Assembly: GCA_965220745.1 (NCBI GenBank)
Contig: CBDCQT010000010.1
Location: 750,702 to 814,701, forward strand
Reading direction: 5' to 3'
Source: Alphaproteobacteria bacterium
GTDB lineage: Bacteria > Pseudomonadota > Alphaproteobacteria > UBA828
Length of the DNA stretch: 64,000 bases
Below, in pieces: positions 48,417-58,448 of this stretch. Under the pieces are notes generated by a model. The model searched no databases and had not been told where the DNA came from. It was given only the letters and a program-made list of their open reading frames with translations. How positions within the stretch are numbered: the stretch's first letter is position 1; every line of letters starts with the position of its first letter. The translations under genes were made by a program, and so were the position numbers.

Positions 48417-49454
48417 TCAGCCAGCCGGCACCGGCGCGTCGCTACGCAGTAGCTGTGCGTCCTTCAGATCGGTCCACAACGCAGACGGGATCGACCCTTC
48501 CAGCAGGGCCACGTTCTGGCGCACCTCCTGCGCCGCCATCGCGCCGGGAATGACGCTCTTGACCGCCGGGTGGGCCAGCACGAACTGTAGCGCCGCCGCC
48601 GGCAGCGTCACGCCGTGGCGTTCGCACACGCTCTCGATCCTGCGCACGCGCTCCATGATATGGGGCGGTGCCGGCTTGTAGTTGAAGCGGGCGCCCTCCA
48701 CCGCACCGGTCGCGAGGATGCCGGAATTGTAGGGTCCGCCCAGGATGATGCCGACATCGCGCTCGACGCACATGGGCAGAAACGAGCCAAGCGCTTCCTG
48801 CTCGATCAGCGTGTAGCGGCCGGCGAGGAGGAAGCAGTCGAAGTCGGCGTGGCCGAGCAGCGCCTCGCAGGCCTGCCACTCGTTGAGGCCTGCGCCGAAG
48901 GCCGCGATGCGGCCCGCAGCCTTGAGTTCCTCCAGCGCGCGGTATCCACCCTGATCGAAGAGCTCGCGCACTCTCTCATCCGCTGCGGCCTGGCTGCCGT
49001 GGGTCCACACGTCGACATCGTGAACGAGCAGAATGTCGATGGCGTCGACCCCGATCCGCTGCAGGCTGGCCTCGTGACTGCGCATCACGCCGTCGTAGCT
49101 GTAGTCGTACACCGGCTGCTTCTCGGGCGGGTCCACGAAGAGCCCCTTGGTCGTCTCGTCCACCGAGCCATCGATCAGCAGCCGGCCGATCTTGGTGGAG
49201 AGCACGATGCCCGCGCGGCCGTGGCGCGCGATAGCGATGCCGAAGCGCTCCTCGGAGCGCCCGAGGCCGTAGTAAGGCGCCGTGTCGAACAGCGTGATGC
49301 CGCTCTCGAAGGCCGCGCCCAGCGTGGCCTGCGCGTCTTCTTCCGAGATTCCGCGGTAGAGGTTGCCGAGCGGCGCGCCGCCGAAGCCCAGGCGCGTTAT
49401 GTCGAGGGGACGGGCCGTGCGCCCGCTCAAGCGTACCGTGTTACTTGCCTTCAC
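48417..49454 (-). CDS. Aldo/keto reductase (D-threo-aldose 1-dehydrogenase-like)
   Basis: LGFGGAPLGNLY, FDTAPYYG, STKIGR, YDYSYDGV and LAGRYTL. GTG start coupled to the upstream stop. Confidence 0.88.
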   Translation of the reverse strand: MKASNTVRLSGRTARPLDITRLGFGGAPLGNLYRGISEEDAQATLGAAFESGITLFDTAPYYGLGRSEERFGIAIARHGRAGIVLSTKIGRLLIDGSVDETTKGLFVDPPEKQPVYDYSYDGVMRSHEASLQRIGVDAIDILLVHDVDVWTHGSQAAADERVRELFDQGGYRALEELKAAGRIAAFGAGLNEWQACEALLGHADFDCFLLAGRYTLIEQEALGSFLPMCVERDVGIILGGPYNSGILATGAVEGARFNYKPAPPHIMERVRRIESVCERHGVTLPAAALQFVLAHPAVKSVIPGAMAAQEVRQNVALLEGSIPSALWTDLKDAQLLRSDAPVPAG

Positions 49455-50503
49455 CGCCTGCTTCTCCTGCCACTGTCGCAATCGAACAGCCGCGCCTTGT
49501 CGGGGTCGAGATCGATGCCGACCGCCGCATCCAGCGCGCCCTCATAGTCTTTGTCGGCGCGGACCACGACGTGTTCTCCGTTCATGTCGCAGGTCACGAT
49601 GGTCTCGTTGCCGGTCATCTCGGTGGAATAGATGCGGGCGCGGAGCATGGCCTCGTCCGCGGGCACGAGGGTCGCGTCCTCGGGCCGAAAGCCGAGATAG
49701 ATGTCACCGCGCGGGGCGACGTTGCCGAGCGGCACGGAACCGTCCGGCACGGCAAAGCTGCCGTTCTCCACCGCGCCCCGGACGATGTTCATGGCCGGCG
49801 CGCCGATGAAGCGGGCCACGAAGAGATTGGCGGGGTCGTCGTAGATTTCCTTGGGCGGCGCGACCTGCTGCAGCACCCCTTCGTCCATCACCGCGACCCG
49901 ATGCGCGAGCGTCATCGCCTCCACCTGGTCGTGGGTCACGTAGATCGTGGTCACGCCGAGCTCGGACTGCAGACGCTTGAGCTCCACGCGCATGGCGATG
50001 CGCAGCTTGGCGTCGAGGTTGGAGAGCGGCTCGTCCATGAGAAACGCCGACGGCGTGCGGACCATGGCGCGGGCCAACGCCACCCGCTGGCGCTGGCCGC
50101 CGGAGAGCTGACGCGGGTAGCGGTGCAGCAGGTCCTCCAGGTGCACCTTCTCCGCCGCAGCGCGCACCGCCGCGTCGAGCTCGGCAGCCGGCGTGCCGCG
50201 CAGCTTCAGCGGATAGCCGATGTTCTTGGCGACCGTCATATGCGGGTAGAGCGCGTAGGACTGAAACACCATCGCGACGTTGCGATACTTGGGCAGCACG
50301 TTGGTAACGTCCTGGTCGCCGATCTCGATGGTGCCGCCGCTCACGGTCTCCAGCCCCGCCACCATGCGGAGCGCAGTGGTCTTGCCGCACCCGGATTCGC
50401 CGAGAAGGACCAGAAACTCGCCGTCAGCGATATCGAGGCTGAGGTTCTTAACCACCTCGTTCTGACCGAAGGACTTGCGCACATCGATCATTCGGACGCG
50501 CAT
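49451..50503 (-). CDS. Carbohydrate ABC ATP-binding protein (MalK/UgpC-like)
   Basis: GESGCGKTT, VFQSYALYPHM, LSGGQRQRVA and DEPLSNLDAKLR. Confidence 0.93.
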   Translation of the reverse strand: MRVRMIDVRKSFGQNEVVKNLSLDIADGEFLVLLGESGCGKTTALRMVAGLETVSGGTIEIGDQDVTNVLPKYRNVAMVFQSYALYPHMTVAKNIGYPLKLRGTPAAELDAAVRAAAEKVHLEDLLHRYPRQLSGGQRQRVALARAMVRTPSAFLMDEPLSNLDAKLRIAMRVELKRLQSELGVTTIYVTHDQVEAMTLAHRVAVMDEGVLQQVAPPKEIYDDPANLFVARFIGAPAMNIVRGAVENGSFAVPDGSVPLGNVAPRGDIYLGFRPEDATLVPADEAMLRARIYSTEMTGNETIVTCDMNGEHVVVRADKDYEGALDAAVGIDLDPDKARLFDCDSGRRSRR

Positions 50504-50520
50504 GGCCGGCCTCCAGTCCT

Positions 50521-51573
50521 CTAACCCTTGATCGCGCCGACCAGCAGCCCGCGCGCGATATGCCGTTGGAGAAGGAATGCCGTGAGCACGATGGGCGCAA
50601 TCATGATGACGATCAGCACAGACATGTACCACCACTGCGGCCCGCGCGTCGCGTTCTGCGCAGCCACGAGCATCGGCATGGTCTGCGCGTCCGCCGTCGA
50701 GATGAAGAGCGCGAGCAGGTACTCGTTCCAGGCCAGAATGAGGATGAGGAGCGAGGTCGCCGCCAGCCCCGGCCGCGCGAGCGGCAGCACGATGGTGAAG
50801 AAGATGCGAAGCCGCGAGGCGCCGTCGATCTGGGCACTCTCCTCCAGGTCGAGCGGGATGCCGGCGAAGAAGTCGCGCATCAGCCAGACGACGATGGGCA
50901 GGTTGACCGCGGTGTAGGTGGCGATCAACGCGATGTGCGTGTCGAGAAGGCCGATCCGCTGGAACATGAGGTAGACCGGCAAGACCACCACCACCGGCGG
51001 CAGGATACGGTTGGAAATGATCCAGAACAGAATGTCGTCGTTGCCGAGCGCGCGCCTGAAGTAGCGCCCGACGGCGGCCACGAAGAAGACGAAGAGGATG
51101 ATCGCCACAGGCGCAGCGGCGAACAATGGAGCGCCGAGGCTCGTGACCGTGAAAACGGTGAGTCCCAAAAGGGCCAGAAAGGCGAGGACGTTACCGATCT
51201 TGACCCGGTACTGAATCCGCACCAGCGCGTAGGCCGCGAACGATCCGATCAGGACGCAGACCACCGTGGCGCAAAAGGCGACGATGACCGAGTTTATGTA
51301 TGGGCGCAGCGTGTCGTTGCCGAGCTCGAAGAGGATGTAGTGCCAGGCGTGCATCGAGGGCTTGAAGTCGATGAAGGGAATGAAGTCTGGCCCGTCGTTG
51401 ACCTGCACCGGCAACTTGAACGACGTGATGAACAGCCAATAGAGCGGGAACAGCACCACCAGGAGCCAGAGCACCAGAAGCGTGTAGACCAGCACCTTGG
51501 TGGCGGGCGCCATTGAGGTGATGTCGTACGGCAGGAAGAGACGCCGCAGCAGGGTACGCTCGGGGATGTTCAC
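50521..51573 (-). CDS. Carbohydrate ABC permease (MalG-like)
   Basis: LEESAQIDGA EAA loop and AWNEYL. GTG start. Confidence 0.9.
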   Translation of the reverse strand: MNIPERTLLRRLFLPYDITSMAPATKVLVYTLLVLWLLVVLFPLYWLFITSFKLPVQVNDGPDFIPFIDFKPSMHAWHYILFELGNDTLRPYINSVIVAFCATVVCVLIGSFAAYALVRIQYRVKIGNVLAFLALLGLTVFTVTSLGAPLFAAAPVAIILFVFFVAAVGRYFRRALGNDDILFWIISNRILPPVVVVLPVYLMFQRIGLLDTHIALIATYTAVNLPIVVWLMRDFFAGIPLDLEESAQIDGASRLRIFFTIVLPLARPGLAATSLLILILAWNEYLLALFISTADAQTMPMLVAAQNATRGPQWWYMSVLIVIMIAPIVLTAFLLQRHIARGLLVGAIKG

Positions 51574-52694
51574 AGCTCTGTCCTGCGGGTCCTGCGGCCC
51601 GCGAAGTTGAAGAACGAGAGACAGGTGACGGTGGCTACGAAGAGCAGCATGTAGCCCACCGCCGCCGAGCCGCCGAGATCCTGCGTGCGCCAGGCGACGA
51701 AGGCATGGAGGGTGAGGGACTCGGTGGCGATGCCCGGGCCGCCGCTGGTGAGCACGTTGGGCAGGTCGATGATCTTGTAAGCCTCGATCAGGCGGATCAG
51801 CACGATGGTCGCGGCCACCGGCGCAATCGCGGGCCAGGTGATGTCGCGGAAGATCTGCCAGCCGCCTGCGCCGTCGATGCGCGCCGCCTCTAGCTGGTCG
51901 CGCGGCTGGTTCTCGATGGCGGCGAGCAGCACGATGAACATGAAGGGCGTCCACTGCCAGGTGTCGCCGATGAGCACCACGATGCGCGCGGTCCACGGGT
52001 CCGCCGCCCAGGAGAAATCGGCGAGCCCGAGCCCCGTCCAGATGTCGGCAAACGGCCCCTTGTGTGTGTCGGCGAGCATGCGGAACATGTAGGCGATGCC
52101 GACGGGCGTCACCATGATCGGCAGGAAGAAGACGACCCGGAACAGATTCCGCCCGTAGATATTCTGCGAGCAGAGGACGGCGAGGCCGAGCGCCAGGACG
52201 AACTGAACTGAGACGCCGGCGAAGACGTAGAAGAGCGTCACCACCAGCGAGCCGGGGAAGCCGCCCCCCAAGGTGGCCACCAGAAGAAGGGCCAGCGCGC
52301 CGGCGACGACGAAGGCGATGGAACGGCCGATGACGCCGACCACGGTCGTACCCGGCCGGATCAGGTAGCGAACGAAGAAGAGCAGCAGGAGCGCAAAGAT
52401 CGCGCTCAGGATCAACCAGTCAACGATTCCGAAGACATCGAACGTGCCCAGCAGGTGATACTGCTGGGAGCCGAAGATCAGCTTCTTGAAATTCAGCCAC
52501 TCGACATACCTGAGCGTGAAGCCGCCGGCGGCGAATTTCAGCTTGGTCAGCGTGAGGTAGGCGGAAACCAGCAGCGGAAACAGCGAGAACGCCAGCAGCG
52601 TAAGCACCGCCGGCAGGATGAACACCTTGCCGGCGTTGCGGTCGACCCACTCGGCGACCCGATCACGACGATCGCGGCCCTCCAGAAAGGCCAA
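51570..52694 (-). CDS. Carbohydrate ABC permease (MalF-like)
   Basis: WQWTPF, LEAARIDGA and LTSGGPG. Confidence 0.9.
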   Translation of the reverse strand: MAFLEGRDRRDRVAEWVDRNAGKVFILPAVLTLLAFSLFPLLVSAYLTLTKLKFAAGGFTLRYVEWLNFKKLIFGSQQYHLLGTFDVFGIVDWLILSAIFALLLLFFVRYLIRPGTTVVGVIGRSIAFVVAGALALLLVATLGGGFPGSLVVTLFYVFAGVSVQFVLALGLAVLCSQNIYGRNLFRVVFFLPIMVTPVGIAYMFRMLADTHKGPFADIWTGLGLADFSWAADPWTARIVVLIGDTWQWTPFMFIVLLAAIENQPRDQLEAARIDGAGGWQIFRDITWPAIAPVAATIVLIRLIEAYKIIDLPNVLTSGGPGIATESLTLHAFVAWRTQDLGGSAAVGYMLLFVATVTCLSFFNFAGRRTRRTEL

Positions 52695-52779
52695 CGCTGG
52701 AATGCCTCAGTGCGAAGGAGTGGCTCCGGCGCGCGCGACGGGATGCCGCCGCACGTGCCGGAGCCGGCAGAAGTGACGC

Positions 52780-54270
52780 CTAGAGGCCGAGCGTGGCGCG
52801 ATAGGCGGCAAGCTGGTCGTCAGTGCCGTTCTCTTCGTTAAGCTCGTTCCAGCCGTCCTCGATGGCCTGCATCGCCGTGGCCTTGTCGATCTCGCCTGCG
52901 GCTAGCCGGGAGATGGCGTTGTCGAGCACCACCTGCTGATAGGCCTGGTTCTGCGGGATACGCAGATCGAGCACCATGTTCGGGCTGTCGAGGCTCGCCT
53001 GAATCGCACCGAGATAGTCCTCGGCGGCAGCCTCGCTCATCCCCGCCTGCACCCACAGCGACAGGTCGCCGAACTGCGAGAGACGATAGGGGTTGAAGCC
53101 GGTGATGCCGATGGTCACGTCCTCGTTGGACTGCGCCGGCTGCGACATGTGGGAGAAGAAGGCGTAGGCCGCATCCTTCACCGTGTCGTCGGCATTGGCG
53201 TTGATGCCGCCGGACCACCCGCCGAAGGCGGCGAAGGGCGCGCGGTTGACCCCGTTGATGGCGTGGGGGCAGGTCTCCGCGTCGCACGGCACGAGCGCGC
53301 CGCTGGCGCGGTCGAGCACCGACGTCGAGCCGGGGAGCATGATCGAGCCCACCTTGTCGATCACCTGCGAGGTCTCCGGGTCGATGGCGAGCGTGCCGAT
53401 GTCGCCCCAGTCGATGGTGAGCGCGCAGCGGCCGGAGGTGAACAGGCTCCGCGTGTCGCCCACGTCGAGGTTGATCTCGTCCGGCGGGCCGAAGGCGGTC
53501 GTCGCGGTGTAGATGTCGAGCGCTGCGGCGAACGCCTCGTTGTTGACCAGCGGCGCCATGGTCTCGGTGTCGAAGAAGATGCCCTGCGAGGTCCCCTGCG
53601 ACTGCAGGTAGCCGCCGGCGATCGAGAGGATCATCCAGTAGGCCTGCGCGCTGCGCTTCTTGGAGATGCAGGAGCCGTAGTCCGGCGTCCCGTCGCCGTT
53701 CATGTCCTGGCCGTGGGTGGCCTCGGCCGCGGCGACGTAGTCCTGCCAGGTCTCCGGCGCCGCGATGCCCGCATCGGCGAACACGTCGGAGCGGTAGTAG
53801 ACCATCTGGAAGTCGCCATCGAGGGTGAGCATGTAGGTATCGCCGGCGAACTTCTGCGAGAACTCGCGGAAGAACGGCGCGATGTCGTCTTCCTGCAGCG
53901 CCGAGTCCGCCGCGACCCGCTCGCTCAGGTTCTCCATGTAGCCGGGCACGATGTAGTCCACGCCCCATTGCGGCGCGAACACCGCGGCGTCGATGGAGTT
54001 GGTGCCCGATGCCCAGTCCGTCAGCACCTTGGTGTAAAGATCGGAGAACGGCACCGTGACGATGTTGATCTGCGCGCCGGTCATGGCGTTGAAGTCCGGG
54101 GCGCGGCGCTGTAGCGGCTCGGCGATCTGCGGACCGGTAAAGGTCATGATGTTGACCTCCACGCCGTCGAACTCGCCGGCCGCCTGTGCCGTGCCGGCCA
54201 CGAGACCGAGCGCGGCGACGCCCGCAAGCGGCGCGAGCACCGCCTTCTTGTAGAGAGTCGTGATCTTCAT
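52780..54270 (-). CDS. Carbohydrate ABC substrate-binding protein
   Basis: Signal peptide, MVYYRSD and APETWQDY. GGAG RBS before ATG 54270. Confidence 0.88.
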   Translation of the reverse strand: MKITTLYKKAVLAPLAGVAALGLVAGTAQAAGEFDGVEVNIMTFTGPQIAEPLQRRAPDFNAMTGAQINIVTVPFSDLYTKVLTDWASGTNSIDAAVFAPQWGVDYIVPGYMENLSERVAADSALQEDDIAPFFREFSQKFAGDTYMLTLDGDFQMVYYRSDVFADAGIAAPETWQDYVAAAEATHGQDMNGDGTPDYGSCISKKRSAQAYWMILSIAGGYLQSQGTSQGIFFDTETMAPLVNNEAFAAALDIYTATTAFGPPDEINLDVGDTRSLFTSGRCALTIDWGDIGTLAIDPETSQVIDKVGSIMLPGSTSVLDRASGALVPCDAETCPHAINGVNRAPFAAFGGWSGGINANADDTVKDAAYAFFSHMSQPAQSNEDVTIGITGFNPYRLSQFGDLSLWVQAGMSEAAAEDYLGAIQASLDSPNMVLDLRIPQNQAYQQVVLDNAISRLAAGEIDKATAMQAIEDGWNELNEENGTDDQLAAYRATLGL

Positions 54271-54295
54271 CGGAGTCTCCCTTGGTCGAGTGGGT

Positions 54296-55063
54296 TCATG
54301 GATCGGAGTGAAACAGCGCCGGCTCCCTGGTGGCAAGGGTCGTCAGCATGGTGACGAGCTGGCCCAGGTGATGGCGCAGCGCCTGCTTGGCGCGCTCGGC
54401 ATCGCGGGCCTTGAGGGCGCCCACGATGGCTTCGTGCTCGCGATAGGTTTCCTGCAGTCGTCCCGGTGCCGGCAGCAGGAGCTGCCGCGTCCGGTCGAGC
54501 TGAGCCCGGACGCTCTCGGAGATCCGGCCAAGGCGGCGATAGCCGGTGAATGAGAGCATCAGCTCGTGCATCTGCGCGTCGTGCTCGTAGAAGCCGGTCA
54601 GGTCGCCGTCATCTAGCATCACCCGCTGAATTCTTAAGTTGCGCCTGAGCAATCCAAGCTGCTCGTCGGTGACGCTGCGAGCGACATGCTCGATCGCGGC
54701 AAGCTCCAGGGCCTCGCGGATGAAGGCTCCTTCCCGGATCTCCGCCATCGAGATGCGGGACACGTAGGTCCCGGCCTGAGGGTGCACCTCGACGAGGCCG
54801 TCGGCCGCAAGCCTGGCGATGGCCGCCGATACCGGCGAGCGCGACACGCCCAGCGCTTCGCAGACCTCCGCCTTGCGCAAGATCTCTCCCGGCGCATAGC
54901 GGAGCCCGACGATGGCGTTGCGCAGGCTCAAATACACGCGGTTGGTTAGCGTTCCCTCAAAATGCTCCAGGGTTTCCAGCCGCCCCGTCTCTGGCGTCTG
55001 CGGGACGGTGCCCGGCCGCGCATCTGGCGCAGCCTGGGCCACCTGAGCGACCCTAGCTTGCAT
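54296..55063 (-). CDS. GntR-family (FCD) regulator
   Basis: LGVSRSPVSAAIARL...PQAGTYV HTH and EHEAIV. Start uncertain. Confidence 0.88.
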   Translation of the reverse strand: MQARVAQVAQAAPDARPGTVPQTPETGRLETLEHFEGTLTNRVYLSLRNAIVGLRYAPGEILRKAEVCEALGVSRSPVSAAIARLAADGLVEVHPQAGTYVSRISMAEIREGAFIREALELAAIEHVARSVTDEQLGLLRRNLRIQRVMLDDGDLTGFYEHDAQMHELMLSFTGYRRLGRISESVRAQLDRTRQLLLPAPGRLQETYREHEAIVGALKARDAERAKQALRHHLGQLVTMLTTLATREPALFHSDP

Positions 55064-55064
55064 T

Positions 55065-55076
55065 CTAACATGTTAG
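55065..55076. promoter_or_regulatory. Palindrome CTAACATGTTAG, candidate GntR operator
   Basis: Perfect 12-bp palindrome at the head of the gntR-ABC operon. Confidence 0.5.
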
Positions 55077-55592
55077 CCCTGCCACCGTGACCTGTCAAAG
55101 CAGCCGGAGCGACCCGCGTGCCGGGCGTCGGCCGCACCAGGCTCGCGTGGCCCCACCGAACGACTCGCAATGTCGCCGTTTCGGCTCTTTCAACTCTGAG
55201 CGTTCTTGACGGACTCGACTCATTATGGCGTTCGGAGATGACGATTTAGCGCCCCTATCCCCCACCTATTTGGCACGCTCTACTTGCATAAATCTCTATG
55301 CGTAACGGGGCATAGAATTTGCTAGGCGGGGCATTTTCTTCGTCTGGCGCCGGGTGTTATCCAGGTCATGCGAGCAACGGGAGGGTGGACACCGTCGAGT
55401 GAATGAGAGAGCGGCCGCGAATCGCACACCGCATCAACCGAACAAGGCGAAAAACGCCTCTCACCACCGCGTTGCGCGTAATCGACCTCTCCGGCCATCT
55501 GCGCCCGCCAGGCGGCCCGACCGTGACCGCGTGAACGATGCTAACACCGCCACGCGCCTGTCCGACCGCTTTCGAAATTCGCTTTACGTTAA

Positions 55593-55606
55593 TGAAGAGG
55601 CCTCGT
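55593..55606 (+). repeat. 14-bp inverted repeat, left copy (TGAAGAGGCCTCGT)
   Basis: Exact reverse complement at 58657-58670. A second GAGGCCTCGT follows at 55612-55621. Confidence 0.7.
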
Positions 55607-55893
55607 ATCGGGAGGCCTCGTTTGTGGACTGCGATGGCCAGTTTACCAGCACGGGTCGGACGCTGTCTATAGCCATCGTATCGCCTAAAACAATTTGCCC
55701 GGGCCTACCCCAAGCAACCAACAGCGTAGGAAAGTCATTAGCGGTCCTTCGCCCCGCCGTCAACCCATTCGTTCCGTGACGGCTCCTCCGGAGCATCGGC
55801 TCCAACGTCGCCGCTCGGCCGCATGCCCCGCCGGCATTCCTATAGCCGCTTGGCATACTGCCAGGCAAGCACGCCACATGCGTGCGGCGAATG

Positions 55894-55905
55894 CAAGCGC
55901 CGAAT
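55894..55905 (+). repeat. 12-bp direct repeat CAAGCGCCGAAT, left copy
   Basis: Exact copy at 58437-58448. Both copies lie within ~10 bp of the ends of the integrase pair. Confidence 0.7.
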
Positions 55906-55910
55906 TGCGG

Positions 55911-57191
55911 CTACAGCACGAATTCTCGCGATGCTCTCTCGCCGGTAACCGCCGCAGGTGGGCAGACTCTGCGGGGTGTTACGGGCGCGAAGATATCCTC
56001 CGCAATTCCTTCCGCGACTCTTACGGCAGCGTCCTTGACGGCGTCTCGTGTGAGGTGGGTGTATCGGGCGGTGGTCTGGATCTGGGCGTGGCCGAGCAGC
56101 TTGGCGATCACCGGCAGGCTCTCGCCCAGCGCCAGCGCACGGCTGGCATAGCTGTGCCGCAGGTCGTGGATGCGCACGTCGTCGAGACCGGCGCGGGCGC
56201 GCACCCGGCGCCAGGGCTCGAACAGGCTGGAGAGCCGGGCGCCCGGCTTCGCGCCGGGGATCACCCAGGGGTTGCCGGGCACCTTGTCAATGCCAGCCAG
56301 AACCGCAGTCGCCTCGGGCGAGAGCGAGACCGTGCGCGGGCCGGTCTTGCTGTCGCTGAGATGCAGCTCCTGCGCCTCCAGTCGCACGTCCTCCCAGCGC
56401 AGCGTCAGGATCTCGTTGCGCCGGCAGCCGGTGAGCATCAGCAGACGGAGCGCCGCCGCTGCGTAGGGGGAGATGCGCCCCTCCGCCTCCGTCTCGTCCA
56501 GCACGCGGCCGAGCCGCTGGAACTCCGCGTCGGTCAGGAAGCGCTCGCGCCGGCGCGTCCGGTATTTTGGGGCAGAGCGGCAGGGGTTGCTGATCTCCCC
56601 CGCCACGCCCCAGGCGATGGCCTGGTCGATCATGCGCGAGAGGGTCGCGATCACCAGGTTGGCCATGGCCGGGCGGTCGCTGAGTGAATGCTGCAGGTCG
56701 GCGACCTGGCCACGGCCGAGGGATGAGACGGGACGGGTGCCGAGGGCGGGCACGATGTAGCGCTCGATGGCAAGCCGGTACTGGGCTGCTGTGGTGGACT
56801 TGCAGCGCACCGCCACGTGTTCGCGCAGATAGCGCTGGGCGAGGGCCGCGACGGTAATGCTCTCGGTCTTCTGTGCCTCGGGGACGGGCTCCTCGCCCGC
56901 CCTGATCCGCGCGATGATCAGCGCCGCGCGCCGGCGCGCCTCACTCGCCCCGATCACTCCGTGCCGGCCCACGGTGATGCGCTTCGTGCCTTGGGGCCCC
57001 CGCGTCTGCACCACGTAGACCTTGGCGCCGGAAGGGTAGACCCGGACGCCGAAGCCGGTGAGCGCCCGGTCCCACACCACCGTGTCCCTGCCCACAGGGA
57101 GCGCCGCCACGGTGTGCTCCGTGATCGTCCCCTGCGCGGGAAGTGCCGAGGGCACTGCCGAGGGAAGTGCCGAGGGCACTGCCACGTTCAT
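55911..57191 (-). CDS. Tyrosine recombinase/integrase with N-terminal arm-DNA-binding domain (int2)
   Basis: WDRALTGFGVRVYPSG arm domain. Catalytic residues in GCRRNE, SKTG, HDLRH, LGH and TTARY. Confidence 0.92.
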   Translation of the reverse strand: MNVAVPSALPSAVPSALPAQGTITEHTVAALPVGRDTVVWDRALTGFGVRVYPSGAKVYVVQTRGPQGTKRITVGRHGVIGASEARRRAALIIARIRAGEEPVPEAQKTESITVAALAQRYLREHVAVRCKSTTAAQYRLAIERYIVPALGTRPVSSLGRGQVADLQHSLSDRPAMANLVIATLSRMIDQAIAWGVAGEISNPCRSAPKYRTRRRERFLTDAEFQRLGRVLDETEAEGRISPYAAAALRLLMLTGCRRNEILTLRWEDVRLEAQELHLSDSKTGPRTVSLSPEATAVLAGIDKVPGNPWVIPGAKPGARLSSLFEPWRRVRARAGLDDVRIHDLRHSYASRALALGESLPVIAKLLGHAQIQTTARYTHLTRDAVKDAAVRVAEGIAEDIFAPVTPRRVCPPAAVTGERASREFVL

Positions 57192-58426
57192 GATGAGCCG
57201 CTGTCCTTATCGGCAGTGCCCTCGGCAGCACCATCGGTGCCGATGTCGGCACCGATGCTGCCGCCGACGCGGGCGGCGGAGAGGCGCTCGGTCTCGCGCG
57301 CGAGGTGGGCGTAGCGCGCGGTGCTCTGGATGTCGGCATGGCCCAATAGCTTGCCGATCATGCTCAGGCTCTCGCCCGCAGCCAGCGCACGGCTTGCGTA
57401 AGAGTGACGGAGGTCGTGGATGCGCACGTCGTCGAGGCCCGCGTGGGCGCGGAGCCGATACCAGTCTGCGGTGATGGTGGCGAGGTGGGTACCCGGTTTC
57501 TTGCCGACCATGACCCAGGGGTTGTCCGGCACACGGGCGATGCCTGCCAGCACCGTCTCTGCCGTGGGGGTGAGGGGGACCATGCGGGCGCCGGTCTTGC
57601 CGTCGCGCAGCCGGAACTCGCCGGCGGTGCGGTCGACATCGTCCCAGCGGAGCGTGAGGATCTCGTTGAGCCGGCAGCCTGTGAGCATGAGCAGGCGCAG
57701 GGCGGCGATGGCGTAGGGCGAGACCGCGCCCTCGATCCCCGCTTGCGCCTCTGCTTCCGCTTCGACCAGCGCCTGACCCAGCCTGCGGTACTCGTCGCGG
57801 GTGAGGAAGCGCTCGCGCTTCCTCTCCTTGTATTTGCGCACGCCTTTGCAGGGGTTGGTACCGTCCGCCACCAGGCCCCAGGCGCAGGCCAGGGAGAACA
57901 TCTTCGACAGCACCGAGAGCGCGCGGTTGGCGGCACGGGGAGTCTCGCGGAGCCGGTAGTGCAGCGCCGCCACGTGCGCGGTCTCGACCATGGCAAGGGG
58001 CATCATGCCGAGGGCAGGCAGGATGTGGTTCTCCAGCGAGCCCCGGTAGATGCCGGCGGTATGGGCGTTGCAGTTCTGGGCCACGTGGGCGCTCAGGTAG
58101 CGGGCCGCGAGGTCGGCGACGGTGGCGCCGGCCTGGGCAGGCGGTGCTGCGGGCTCCTCGCCCCGCTTGATGCGGTCGATGGCCTGGGCGGCGCGGAGCC
58201 TGGCCTGTGTCGTCGTAAGCTCGCCGTGGGTGCCGAGCGTGACGCGCCTGGGCCCACCCTGGGCCCGGCTCTGAACCACGTAGACCTTGCGGCCTGAGGG
58301 GTAGACGCGGACGCCGAAGCCCGCCAGCTCGCGGTCCCAGAAGATCCGGTCCCTGCCCGCGACCGCGAGACGGTCCACCTCCCGACCGCACAGCGTCAAC
58401 TCACTACGGCGCGGCACAACCGTCAC
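57188..58426 (-). CDS. Tyrosine recombinase/integrase with N-terminal arm-DNA-binding domain (int1)
   Basis: WDRELAGFGVRVYPSG. Catalytic residues in GCRLNE, GKTG, HDLRH, LGH and STARY. ATGA overlap with int2. Confidence 0.92.
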   Translation of the reverse strand: MTVVPRRSELTLCGREVDRLAVAGRDRIFWDRELAGFGVRVYPSGRKVYVVQSRAQGGPRRVTLGTHGELTTTQARLRAAQAIDRIKRGEEPAAPPAQAGATVADLAARYLSAHVAQNCNAHTAGIYRGSLENHILPALGMMPLAMVETAHVAALHYRLRETPRAANRALSVLSKMFSLACAWGLVADGTNPCKGVRKYKERKRERFLTRDEYRRLGQALVEAEAEAQAGIEGAVSPYAIAALRLLMLTGCRLNEILTLRWDDVDRTAGEFRLRDGKTGARMVPLTPTAETVLAGIARVPDNPWVMVGKKPGTHLATITADWYRLRAHAGLDDVRIHDLRHSYASRALAAGESLSMIGKLLGHADIQSTARYAHLARETERLSAARVGGSIGADIGTDGAAEGTADKDSGSS

Positions 58427-58436
58427 ATCCCAAGGA

Positions 58437-58448
58437 CAAGCGCCGAAT
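58437..58448 (+). repeat. 12-bp direct repeat CAAGCGCCGAAT, right copy
   Basis: Exact copy at 55894-55905, followed by a second CAAGCGC. Confidence 0.7.

Noticed and set aside
55270-55290. Sigma-54-like TGGCACG...TTGCA
   Set aside because: The spacing between the -24 GG and -12 GC is 2 bp too long, and no clear downstream gene follows.
55077-55910. tRNA/tmRNA attachment site or protein-coding gene next to the integrases
   Set aside because: No cloverleaf, T-loop or CCA pattern seen. The ORFs here (55354-55779, 55584-55877) lack typical codon bias and motifs.
55911-58426. Prophage, integron or RIT element
   Set aside because: No phage genes, no recognisable attC array or IntI features, and only two recombinases, both with arm-binding domains, unlike three-gene RITs.
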